Shown here one piece after another: positions 30,081-38,807 of a DNA stretch of 55,561 nt; the stretch's first letter is position 1; each line of letters starts with the position of its first letter. The notes under the pieces were generated by a model. It saw nothing but the letters and a program-made list of their open reading frames with translations, was not told the origin of the DNA and did no database searches. A program made the position numbers and the translations under genes. Source of the stretch: a virus (taxonomy: Duplodnaviria > Caudoviricetes); IMG/VR virus record IMGVR_UViG_3300031963_000186, positions 1-55,561 of that record, one strand, 5' to 3'.

Positions 30081-30474
30081 TTCGTATCCAAAGATCTTTA
30101 GCTTCAGCATGCGGATAGTCTTCAATGTAGATGATCCGCTTGCAGCTAGTGTTAAGTAAGAGTTTTATGCACGTCATGCAAGGCATGGCAGTTACATAGG
30201 CGGTTTCGATTTCGAAGACGTTTCGACATTGGAGTAAGGCATTCTGTTCTGCATGTACCGCTTCGCATCTCTCGAGTCCAGTGCCTGACGGATAAGATGC
30301 GCCGGGGCAAGGAGAATCGATGCAATGATCACTGCCGCTAGGAGTGCCGTTATAGCCAGTAGCGAGCACATGCCCACGACTAGATACAAGTACGCAGCCA
30401 ACAGACCGCCTCGCGCACGTAGCCCGTCGACTGACGAGTTGACCCATTTTCGTAAAATATTCATCTTTGCTCAT
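30034..30474 (-). CDS. dCMP deaminase family protein
   Basis: TCARRSVG, TGYNG, HAEQNAL, PCMTC; start at 30474 gives an ATGA overlap (30483 is an alternative). Confidence 0.9.
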   Translation of the reverse strand: MSKDEYFTKMGQLVSRRATCARRSVGCVLVSSRGHVLATGYNGTPSGSDHCIDSPCPGASYPSGTGLERCEAVHAEQNALLQCRNVFEIETAYVTAMPCMTCIKLLLNTSCKRIIYIEDYPHAEAKDLWIRNGRELLQAPATFSRS

Positions 30475-31271
30475 CCTTTCCATGTTTGCAGCTCCTCTAA
30501 GAAGCCTGTTACCTGCTTGTCGTTTGCCACTGCCCATAGATGCAACACAAGATCGTCATAGCCCACAAACTGATCAAGGTCCACTGGCTTGACGTTTCCT
30601 AAGATCTCGCCTTCAGTACAGTGATAGGCTTGCTCAAAATTTTGCTCGTACAAGTGTTGGCTGGCTGCATAAAAATGTAAGAGTCCGGGCCTCACATTGA
30701 TGCCCTTGTCTCTTAGCAACAGGCACACGCCGTAGGACAACATGCTGAAATTAAACCAGTCGTACGGAACACCTAACCAGGCATCAGAAGATCTCATGTT
30801 CATGAAGCAATACAGCAAGTCATTGCGAATCATGAACTGGCAGCTTATTGTGCAAGGTATATCTTTTGATTGGCGTGGGTTAGGGCGCCAGATAGTGATG
30901 ACTGCTTGACGTGAGTCTCTATCGTCGCATAACGCCTTGACCACATGGCCCAGTTGATCACGTATCGGGGGTCCATAAGCCCCAAAGAATAAGATGCCGT
31001 CATCACTGAAGTTGCTGATGGCCTTGCTGTAAGGCGAGATCGTATTGACACGGTTATCTCCTGACATGATCCAAGCTGCCTCTGCTGCCATGAACCTATA
31101 GCCTAACTTTCGTTCCTTGATGGTGATGACAGGCTGAGTCATGTCAATCAAAGATTTGATGCCAAGCAGTTCCTTTGTCTTCTTACCCCTTGGGCTTGAC
31201 TCCACGCCGACATTCATGACCATGTCGAGCAAGCTGATCCATGCTAGGTTAGTTGAGTTTGAGCGCTGCAT
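30471..31271 (-). CDS. Thymidylate-synthase-family enzyme, probably dCMP-specific (hydroxy)methylase
   Basis: SRQAV, DIPC (catalytic Cys), MRSSDAWLGVPYD, SQHLY; start ATG 31271 with AAGGAG. Confidence 0.85.
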   Translation of the reverse strand: MQRSNSTNLAWISLLDMVMNVGVESSPRGKKTKELLGIKSLIDMTQPVITIKERKLGYRFMAAEAAWIMSGDNRVNTISPYSKAISNFSDDGILFFGAYGPPIRDQLGHVVKALCDDRDSRQAVITIWRPNPRQSKDIPCTISCQFMIRNDLLYCFMNMRSSDAWLGVPYDWFNFSMLSYGVCLLLRDKGINVRPGLLHFYAASQHLYEQNFEQAYHCTEGEILGNVKPVDLDQFVGYDDLVLHLWAVANDKQVTGFLEELQTWKG

Positions 31272-32259
31272 TGACGGCTCCTTTGAGTTGGGATTGAAAC
31301 TCATCTCGCTTGTTAAACCTCTTTGCATACGACGGATGCATGATCGTCTGGTGCTTCACAAGGCAATAATGAGTCAATGTCTTGCAAGCAGCTTCACCTA
31401 AAGCAATGACCTTTAAGAACGGTTGAGCACGTAATGAATCATTGATGTACAACCCACCAGAAGGACTATTGGCATTGACATAGATGGCTTGTTGTTCATC
31501 AAACAGCATCTCATGTAAACAAGACGCAAAGAACTCGCTACTGTTGCCGAAGTCATACCAAGGCCAATTGATAGCACGAAGCTTGCTGTTCGTCTGGTCA
31601 CCGACAAAGATGATCTTGGCCTCAGCAAGATAGCCTGCAAAGTTTTCATGCTTCATTGACAAGGCTTCTGGCAGTTGACGCATCTGGCGCTGGGCAAGGA
31701 CAGAAGCTGCCATGTCGCAAAACAAATTCATGTCACGACCTTCTACGTCATAGCGATAAGCCAAGACGTCGTTTCTGTACTTCATGCCATGAACAGAGAG
31801 TTGCTGGGCATAGTCACGATCGTGGCCCTCGTAGCCACCTTGAAACAGCTGATCAAATTTTTGCCTGACCTGCTTGACGTTGTCATACATCTCATTGCGA
31901 CTCTTTTTTAATTCCTCAAACTTCTCGTCATGACCTTCTGGCGATTGCGTGATGATGTACAAACCACAAAAACGGCGAATGATACGGTCCATGGTCCGTC
32001 CCATGTGAGGCCAAGGGCTACCGCCACGGTACACGTCGGCGTAGATAGCCTCACTCATCCACAAACGATCGACGACTACAAGCCTTTCACGAGATAGCTT
32101 AAGTGCCCGGTGAAGTGATGCCGTGTGGTACAAGGGCATCTTCTTAGGCCAGCGATACGTGTTGTGCATGTAGATGCCATCAAAACGGTTGCAGATGGCT
32201 TCAGCAAGAGTCGTCTTGCCAGTCCCATCACAGCCATCAATGACGATCAAACCTTTCAT
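31249..32259 (-). CDS. dNMP (thymidylate-like) kinase fused to a C-terminal UDG-like domain
   Basis: DGCDGTGKTT P-loop, VDR..SE..Y; C-terminal IIFVGD, VIALG, HPSY. Confidence 0.7.
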   Translation of the reverse strand: MKGLIVIDGCDGTGKTTLAEAICNRFDGIYMHNTYRWPKKMPLYHTASLHRALKLSRERLVVVDRLWMSEAIYADVYRGGSPWPHMGRTMDRIIRRFCGLYIITQSPEGHDEKFEELKKSRNEMYDNVKQVRQKFDQLFQGGYEGHDRDYAQQLSVHGMKYRNDVLAYRYDVEGRDMNLFCDMAASVLAQRQMRQLPEALSMKHENFAGYLAEAKIIFVGDQTNSKLRAINWPWYDFGNSSEFFASCLHEMLFDEQQAIYVNANSPSGGLYINDSLRAQPFLKVIALGEAACKTLTHYCLVKHQTIMHPSYAKRFNKRDEFQSQLKGAVNAALKLN

Positions 32260-32651
32260 GCTTTCTCCTTTCTGACCAGGTCTGCAAGCTCAGGAGCAGT
32301 CCAACCTGGAGGCTTCACTATATCATAGGTCGATCCGCGTTTGCTATCCATGGCAGATAAAGCGCGAACTTTTTTCATGTTGGCTTCATGTACCCTGCGA
32401 AAGCCTTCGTCAAACGGCAAGCCAGAAAGATAGGCAGCTCCCAAAGCCACGTAGACTAGATCGATCAAGCCGTCAAAGTATTCCTCTAGGTCCCCGTTGA
32501 TGGCTGATGCCCTGATCTCGTCTAGCTCTTCTTGCATGTGCCGATTCTTGAGTTGCCAGATCTCATCAACCGGAAAACTAGGCTTTTCGGTAGGAGCCAG
32601 TTCGAACTTTTGATGAAACTCGGCCACCATGTTGAACAGGTCGTTTCTCAT
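32256..32651 (-). CDS. All-alpha NTP pyrophosphohydrolase (MazG/PRA-PH-like)
   Basis: EELDE..DGLIDLVYV..VHEANMKK..KPPGW; start ATG 32651. Confidence 0.85.
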   Translation of the reverse strand: MRNDLFNMVAEFHQKFELAPTEKPSFPVDEIWQLKNRHMQEELDEIRASAINGDLEEYFDGLIDLVYVALGAAYLSGLPFDEGFRRVHEANMKKVRALSAMDSKRGSTYDIVKPPGWTAPELADLVRKEKA

Positions 32652-33508
32652 CAGGCTTCTCCGAGGTAGTCGAACAAGGGCTGCCACTGGTCACTGCTGG
32701 AAAGTGGCTGGCTGCAGTCACTAAGTCTTTGAGCCTCGAACATCTGGTTTGTCCTGGGCAACTTGACTCGCCACAGCACGTTGCGAGCGCGGTGTGGATA
32801 GAGGGGGGCAAAGATAGTCGCCAAGTAATTGCTGTCGTAGTAATCACGTAGGCGATTGAACACTGCGTCCAAATCATCTCTTTCAATCATCTCCTTGTAA
32901 TCTTTGATGCTGGCAAAAGTGCCATAGTGGGCGTCAACTTCAAGACCTGCCTTGTGCAGCAAGACTTGCATGACCTGGTAAGTCATCTCATTGACGTGGT
33001 TGTCTGCAGCCCCTACCTTGGGGTCATAGACCGGAGTGCTGATAAAGGCCATGCCATCTTCAGCCAAGCGGTCACGGATCCCCTCGATCATCTTGTAGGC
33101 GTGCAGCGGCTCGACGTGTTCTAACACCTCAAAGCACGTGATGACGTCAAACTTCTCAATGGGCAGTTCGACATCGGGAAAGGCAACATTGCCAATTAAG
33201 GTAGGCTTGAACTTCGTGTTCTCAAAGGCCTTAGGCATCTCTAGCTTGTTGTAGTCGATGCCGATATAGACTAACCCATCAGATGCCATGCGGCTAGTCA
33301 TCAGCATCTTGGCCAGTGGTACGTCCTTGCCGCAACCGATGTCAAGTAGCTTGCAGTCTCGGCGGTTATCTGGTTTTCCCATCCACTTAGCTACGTGGGT
33401 CCACCGAAGGCAGTGGGCAATGTAGTCTCGGTGGATGAAGCCGCGTTCTTCGGCTTGATCAATACTCAGGTGAGTGTTGTCAATATGTTTACCTCTGGCA
33501 TTTGCCAT
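32651..33508 (-). CDS. Class I SAM-dependent methyltransferase (small-molecule type)
   Basis: LLDIGCG, FDVITCFEVLEHV, FISTP; start moved to ATG 33508 with AGGAG. Confidence 0.85.
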   Translation of the reverse strand: MANARGKHIDNTHLSIDQAEERGFIHRDYIAHCLRWTHVAKWMGKPDNRRDCKLLDIGCGKDVPLAKMLMTSRMASDGLVYIGIDYNKLEMPKAFENTKFKPTLIGNVAFPDVELPIEKFDVITCFEVLEHVEPLHAYKMIEGIRDRLAEDGMAFISTPVYDPKVGAADNHVNEMTYQVMQVLLHKAGLEVDAHYGTFASIKDYKEMIERDDLDAVFNRLRDYYDSNYLATIFAPLYPHRARNVLWRVKLPRTNQMFEAQRLSDCSQPLSSSDQWQPLFDYLGEA

Positions 33509-33534
33509 AGTCTTCTCCTGTCTACAAAGGGAAT

Positions 33535-33554
33535 GAAGAAGCCCCCGGAGGGGC
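33535..33554 (-). terminator. Possible terminator after DUF932 gene
   Basis: Minus strand GCCCC-TCCG-GGGGC followed by TTCTTC. Confidence 0.35.
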
Positions 33555-33564
33555 CCCTCCAGAA

Positions 33565-34551
33565 TTACGCAGCTTCGGCGAACTCGACAGCTAGGTCGAG
33601 GGCTTGACGCTTGCGAGTGGCAGCAGAACCAAACCAAGCAGACGTGAGCCGCTTGTCTTGATCTGTACCTGCGACGTGATCGTAGTAGTACGTCACGGCA
33701 TTGAAGGCACCCCACCAAGTACCTTGGGATGTCTTGAGGTCGGCACCAGGTTGGGTGGCAACTAAGTCAAACAGGCGATTGACCGTACGGCCAAGATCTG
33801 CACGGCTGACGGTACCGTCTTCGCTCAAGTCTTGAGCTGCCTTGTACAGGTCAGGATTGACTAGTTTGCTGAAGAACTCCAAGACTTGCTGATCCTTGGC
33901 GCGCTTTTTGGCCAAGAATTCTGCCTTGTCCTTGAAGACGTCAAGGGCCTTCATAGCAAGACCCACTTTTTCTGCAGCTTGCTGCTTGATCTCGTCGTCA
34001 AAGGCGCGATCATGCGACATTCTGAAGGTGTTCTCTTGGTTCGTGTTATTCCGAAGGGCTGCGGTCAGGGTATTGTTGCAGACTACTCGGATTGGCGTGA
34101 ACAAGATCTGCAGACTACGGCCCCAGATGTGCGGGTTGTCTAGCAAGATGTAACCTTCGACTTCGTCCTTGCCGCCCAGCATAAAGCCGCCGTTGATCTT
34201 GGCCAGACCCCAGACACGCTTGCCACCTGAAAGTGAGCCAGCAGTCTCCATCTTCATGTCACCGGCCTTGCAGAACTTGTCAAAGAAGTCAAAGACTTCC
34301 GCGTTTTGCGTAGGCTGATAGTCTTGGCCGCAGATACCAAGGACCTTGTCGTCCAAATCCCGGACCAGAGCGAAGTGACTGCCTACTGGATTCTCATGGC
34401 CATCAATCCACAAAGCCTTTCGGTCGACTTTCCAATCCAGGCCAGCTGCCCCTAACATCTCGGCAGGCGTCAAGTTATCAGAAACCTGGACACCCAGACC
34501 ATGCCAAGGCACTTCATTGGCGTACGCCATTGTCTCAACATTGTGCGACAT
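33565..34551 (-). CDS. DUF932 / phage-plasmid LGT-family protein
   Basis: PWHGLG, AGLDWKV, ETAGSL.GGKRVW, TPIRVVCNNTL, GTWWGAFNAVT; start ATG 34551. Confidence 0.85.
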   Translation of the reverse strand: MSHNVETMAYANEVPWHGLGVQVSDNLTPAEMLGAAGLDWKVDRKALWIDGHENPVGSHFALVRDLDDKVLGICGQDYQPTQNAEVFDFFDKFCKAGDMKMETAGSLSGGKRVWGLAKINGGFMLGGKDEVEGYILLDNPHIWGRSLQILFTPIRVVCNNTLTAALRNNTNQENTFRMSHDRAFDDEIKQQAAEKVGLAMKALDVFKDKAEFLAKKRAKDQQVLEFFSKLVNPDLYKAAQDLSEDGTVSRADLGRTVNRLFDLVATQPGADLKTSQGTWWGAFNAVTYYYDHVAGTDQDKRLTSAWFGSAATRKRQALDLAVEFAEAA

Positions 34552-34658
34552 AACTTTCTCCTTTCTGAACCGCACCAGTCGTGCGTGGGCCAATTATAGG
34601 CCAAAATCACGTACCGCGCGACTTATTACTAAAAATTTTTAGCTGGGACTTTTACTAG
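34549..34658 (-). promoter_or_regulatory. Conserved leader/promoter, copy 2
   Basis: TATAAT (minus strand, 34593-34598), 28-bp block 34631-34658, 18-bp RBS/start block 34549-34566. Confidence 0.6.
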
Positions 34659-34729
34659 ATAATTTTCATTATGACATTTTTATGGCAATCTGGGGTCATT
34701 TTATTGCCTTTTTCATATCAGATATCTCC

Positions 34730-34890
34730 AAAAAAGCTATAGAGTAATTCTAGAGCCATAACTGGTTGGATCAGTGTGTGCAATTAACTTTTCTTCTATC
34801 GTTCGCTCGTCTCTAGACTGCGCGTGCTCAAAAAAGGCTGTCTTAATACACTCTGTTTTGGCTCTAGAAATCTCTTATAGGGATTTTGGC
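34730..34890. repeat. Non-coding inverted-repeat element, copy B
   Basis: 24-bp identity TTAATACACTCTGTTTTGGCTCTA (34843-34866 = 16858-16881); arms TCTAGAGCCATAAC / GTTTTGGCTCTAGA. Confidence 0.85.
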
Positions 34891-37800
34891 TAATTTTGAG
34901 CCAATCCCCCGCGCTTCTTAAGCTTTGTTACCGACTTAACATCTTCTGGCCGCAATTCCCTGGCCTGAGTGATGATTGGTTCCTCACTGGCCTTGGTCAT
35001 GACAGAGTGGCCATACTTTCCACGGCCAAACGGATCGACCATCAACATCTCGATGTGAGGGTCGGATTGCATTTGCTGGGCACGACGGTTAGCGTAGACT
35101 TCGGCAGCCCTTCTTTGCGGGCTGGCATAAATCAGACCAGACGCCTCAGACGCCTTGGCTGTGTCGTAGTCTCCGGCGTAACCCCGGTAGACGCCCTGCA
35201 GCATTTTTTGCTCTTGGGCTCCCCTGAGGGCCTCAGAGAACTTTTCAGCAGCTTTCCTAACCATCCCTACTTTCCCACCATCCTGAAAGCCCTGGGGACC
35301 TCCTAGGGGTTCCTGGGATGGTTCAGGGGCAATGGATCCCTTAGGCACAGAGAAGTACCTATTTCCTCGCTTGATGATCTCCGCACCGCGTTCTTTTTCG
35401 GCCTCTTCTGCCAGGTTCCAGGTCTCATGTTGCCGACCTTTTAACAGCATGTAGCTGTCCTCTGGCAAGCCGTACTTCTGGCGGTCTTCTGGCCTTGTCT
35501 GGGTTACGGATCCCCAATGGCCTTGGTTCTCACCAGACTCCTCAGGGGCCATGCCAGCAGACTTTGCGGTCTCGTAGTCGTAGTCAGATCCTTCTGGGTC
35601 AAAGGCCGGTTGTTCCGTTTGTGCAACTCCCAGTCCTACGACAGGGGCCGCGGCAAAGAGCCGTTGGCCTTCTGCCTGGATCCGCTCTCTCATCTTTGGG
35701 GTCACGTCAACCGTGAAGGCGCGCAGTGTCTTGCCTTCTTGTTTCTTCAAACGTCCTTCGGCAGCTTCTCGTAGACCTATTTCATTGATGCGGTCTACCG
35801 TAGAAAAAGGCAAATTGTTGTACGTATCGTTGTACATGCTGTCATAGTTTGGATCGGCATCAGTGATGCCTCTCCTTGACAAGACGTTCTCAACTTCCTC
35901 ATTCATGTGGTAGCCTATTGTCCGACTGACATCTTCGTCGTCAAGACTTAGGGTATCGATCATGTCCTCTATCTCTTGCCAGGTTGGAGCCCCTTGTCTT
36001 CCTCCGGTCATGACGATGTCTTCATACCCGGTCTTAGCGTCAAACTCCTTACCGGCGTAGCTTCTCACGAAGTCGGGAACCCGCTTGTCATAGAACGACT
36101 TCATGCCTTCACCACCAACGGCTAAGTCTTCGCCAGTGATGGTTCTCATCTGACCAGAAGGGGTTTCAGGCCCTAACGTTTGGGTACTAAGCCATTGATT
36201 ATAGGAATTTGTCAATTCGTCTATTTTTTCAACGTCATCCGAATTTACATTTTTTTCCCAGTCTTTAATAAACTGGTTTAACCAAGAACGTTGCTCTCTT
36301 GTCATCTGATCACCGTGAGTGGCCAAAAGCTCGTCAGCTGACATCCCAGGCATGGGTATAGCTTGGGCACTAGAAATATTTTCAGAAGGTTCTTCAATTT
36401 GCTTTGCGATGTTTGACCCAAAGACTTCCGATACTGTCTTGCCTTTGGCAGGACCCGTAGTAAAGATGCCTTCAGCAGCTTCTCCCATAAATACGGTGTT
36501 ACCATCTTTTAAGGCAGAGACGATTATTCTTCCGTCGTTATAAGGATTGACCTTGATCTCATCAATGGCCTTACGCATCTCATTGCTGTACCGCTTGATT
36601 TGTTCAATGCCTGGGCTAAAGGCAACCTTGTCATAGCCTTCTTTGGCAGCTATGTCAAAGATCTCCTTAACGGCCAGCTCATGCCAGGTATCTTTGAAAG
36701 GGGCATCTGGTTTCTTAATATCAAAAGAGTCTATTTTTGCAGCTAAATCAAACATAATTTCACGATGAGGAGACGTAGAGTGCTGCCTTTCCATAGCCCC
36801 ACGAATAGGCTTTCCAGCTACAGGATCAAAAGAAATCACGTTGACGGACCAATCGTACTTTGAAGCTTCAAGGGCCTTGTTCCTAGCGTACTGCTTAGCC
36901 GTTTCTTCGTCAACATTGCCGATGCTCAAGGCCCTCTCTAAAGCCCTGTCGTATTCCCGTTGATATGCAGGCGAGTTTTCTCCGGTGTTAAATGACAAGA
37001 CTTTTTCATATCCCATGTCACTCTTGACTACCGATCCGGGCTTGTAGTGTTCCGCAATCTCGTCTATGGTCAATCCATCTCTACGAATACGACTTAACTC
37101 TTCTTTAAGACCCGATAGAATTTTTTCATCTCCAGGTTTACGATAACCAAAGTCTTTAGGCAGTTCTTTTTCAAGTTCTGCCATACGTTCCCTTGTCAAA
37201 CGATTTTTGATTTTTATAAGTTCACGTTCATTTTCAGGAGTAACATCAAGTTTTCCAGAAGCTCTAAGTTGTTCTATTGTCTTCTGATGTATAGCATCCC
37301 GCTCTTTATTGATGACGGTCTGAATATACTTTTTACGAGCATCCCGGGCCTTTTGATGCCAGTCAGATTGGATCTCGTCGACATATAAGACTTTCTCGTC
37401 ATTAGGGCCAACACGGTCACTGATCCTGAAGTGCGTCAAGATATTAGGCGTGTCGTAATGTCCGGCTACAAATTCTTCTGCAGGAACCATCAAGTCATCC
37501 ATTAAGGTCATGGCCTCGAATCTAGACTCAGGATCTAGCTCATACACGTTCTTGCCGCCTAATAACTCTGCTAAACGGTTTCGCTTTGTGCTAAGGCCTG
37601 CAGATGCAGATTCAGGCAAGTGAACCATGACTTCCCTGTAGTTCTCACCACCTGGTTGGCTCCATTGTTTGTACTTGGTCTCGTACTTATCAAGATCTAT
37701 TTGGAAACGTTTGTTGGCAGCCCTAAAAGCTACCATCAAGTCTTGATAATCTTGAGGAGACCTAACATCAATATCTTCTGGTCCCATCCTTAAGATGGTC

Positions 37801-38807
37801 TCAGGATCAATGACGTCACCCGTTCTTTCATCAAAAAACCCCATGTTCGTCCTGTCTTCAGGATTGACAATGGGTTCAATTTCATATTTCTGCAAGATGT
37901 TTTTATTTTTATCGGTCAGCTTAAACTCATAGTCCTCAGGAACCCCGGCTCCCAAGATGGTCCGTTGGGGAATGGGGGCCTTGTTACGCTGAGCAGCTTG
38001 CCGTAGCTCTTCCTGAGTGATCTTAGGTGCAGTCTGCAGCTTTTGACGGATACCACGGGTCTCAAGTTCTTCTTTCTTGACACCGGGAGTCGTCTCAAGT
38101 TGCTTAAGGATCTGTTCGCCGGTACCCTTCTTTTGTTTCAGGGTCTCGATGGCCTTGTCAATGGCTGAAAAGAATCGGCCGACCTTGCCACCCTTTTCAT
38201 ACTTCTGAATCAGGCCACCCAGTTCTTTCTTTACTGGGTCCTCAAGGGCTTCGCCAATGACGCCGATGGTCCCACCAAAACCGGTTCCAATCCCGTAATT
38301 GATGGCCTTAGGATCCACAATAGGAGACAGGTATTCCACAGGAGCCGCTGCTACCTTACCTGCTACGCCTGCCTTCTTGACGGTACCAAGGGCCTTGTTT
38401 AATAAGGCTCCTGGCACAGGTATCTGGCCTAACATCTCGCCACCGGCATAAGCAAAGTGTTGAAGAGCCCCTCTAGGCTCGTCAATTCCCATCTGCTTAC
38501 GCACGCCCTCCTTGATTCGCCCTGCTTGCTTATCAGCCTCAACAGAGAATTCGGGGGCGTACTTTTCATCTACCAAACCAAGCAGCGATGGGATGGCAGC
38601 CGTGTTGTAGTAGATGCCAGGGGTTCCTTTGCCAACCCCAACTTCACCCTTCTCATTGATGCCGGCCCACTGGCTTCTGAAGCCAGCAATGGCCTGGTCT
38701 AAGGCAGAAGATGCTTTTTTCTTTTCTTCCTTTAAGGAAGCCGTCAGGTTCTTGATCTTCTCGGCCTTACCGCCATCCTCATATTTGCGCTTGAGATCAT
38801 CCATCAC
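34890..38807 (-). CDS. Large multidomain internal virion/ejection protein (1305 aa)
   Basis: Last gene of the virion operon; GGENYRE..YVDEIQSDWHQ core; C-terminal YRG..IYASP...AEVYA segment; xxxGG motifs at junctions. Confidence 0.7.
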   Translation of the reverse strand: MMDDLKRKYEDGGKAEKIKNLTASLKEEKKKASSALDQAIAGFRSQWAGINEKGEVGVGKGTPGIYYNTAAIPSLLGLVDEKYAPEFSVEADKQAGRIKEGVRKQMGIDEPRGALQHFAYAGGEMLGQIPVPGALLNKALGTVKKAGVAGKVAAAPVEYLSPIVDPKAINYGIGTGFGGTIGVIGEALEDPVKKELGGLIQKYEKGGKVGRFFSAIDKAIETLKQKKGTGEQILKQLETTPGVKKEELETRGIRQKLQTAPKITQEELRQAAQRNKAPIPQRTILGAGVPEDYEFKLTDKNKNILQKYEIEPIVNPEDRTNMGFFDERTGDVIDPETILRMGPEDIDVRSPQDYQDLMVAFRAANKRFQIDLDKYETKYKQWSQPGGENYREVMVHLPESASAGLSTKRNRLAELLGGKNVYELDPESRFEAMTLMDDLMVPAEEFVAGHYDTPNILTHFRISDRVGPNDEKVLYVDEIQSDWHQKARDARKKYIQTVINKERDAIHQKTIEQLRASGKLDVTPENERELIKIKNRLTRERMAELEKELPKDFGYRKPGDEKILSGLKEELSRIRRDGLTIDEIAEHYKPGSVVKSDMGYEKVLSFNTGENSPAYQREYDRALERALSIGNVDEETAKQYARNKALEASKYDWSVNVISFDPVAGKPIRGAMERQHSTSPHREIMFDLAAKIDSFDIKKPDAPFKDTWHELAVKEIFDIAAKEGYDKVAFSPGIEQIKRYSNEMRKAIDEIKVNPYNDGRIIVSALKDGNTVFMGEAAEGIFTTGPAKGKTVSEVFGSNIAKQIEEPSENISSAQAIPMPGMSADELLATHGDQMTREQRSWLNQFIKDWEKNVNSDDVEKIDELTNSYNQWLSTQTLGPETPSGQMRTITGEDLAVGGEGMKSFYDKRVPDFVRSYAGKEFDAKTGYEDIVMTGGRQGAPTWQEIEDMIDTLSLDDEDVSRTIGYHMNEEVENVLSRRGITDADPNYDSMYNDTYNNLPFSTVDRINEIGLREAAEGRLKKQEGKTLRAFTVDVTPKMRERIQAEGQRLFAAAPVVGLGVAQTEQPAFDPEGSDYDYETAKSAGMAPEESGENQGHWGSVTQTRPEDRQKYGLPEDSYMLLKGRQHETWNLAEEAEKERGAEIIKRGNRYFSVPKGSIAPEPSQEPLGGPQGFQDGGKVGMVRKAAEKFSEALRGAQEQKMLQGVYRGYAGDYDTAKASEASGLIYASPQRRAAEVYANRRAQQMQSDPHIEMLMVDPFGRGKYGHSVMTKASEEPIITQARELRPEDVKSVTKLKKRGGLAQN

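Noticed and set aside
32651-33508. Methyltransferase as an orphan DNA methylase
   Set aside because: No DPPY/NPPY or PCQ catalytic motif; EVLEH pattern fits small-molecule class I enzymes
34670-34712. Crossed ATGAC/GTCAT and GGCAAT/ATTGCC pairings
   Set aside because: Only 5-6 bp in AT-rich sequence; too weak to call
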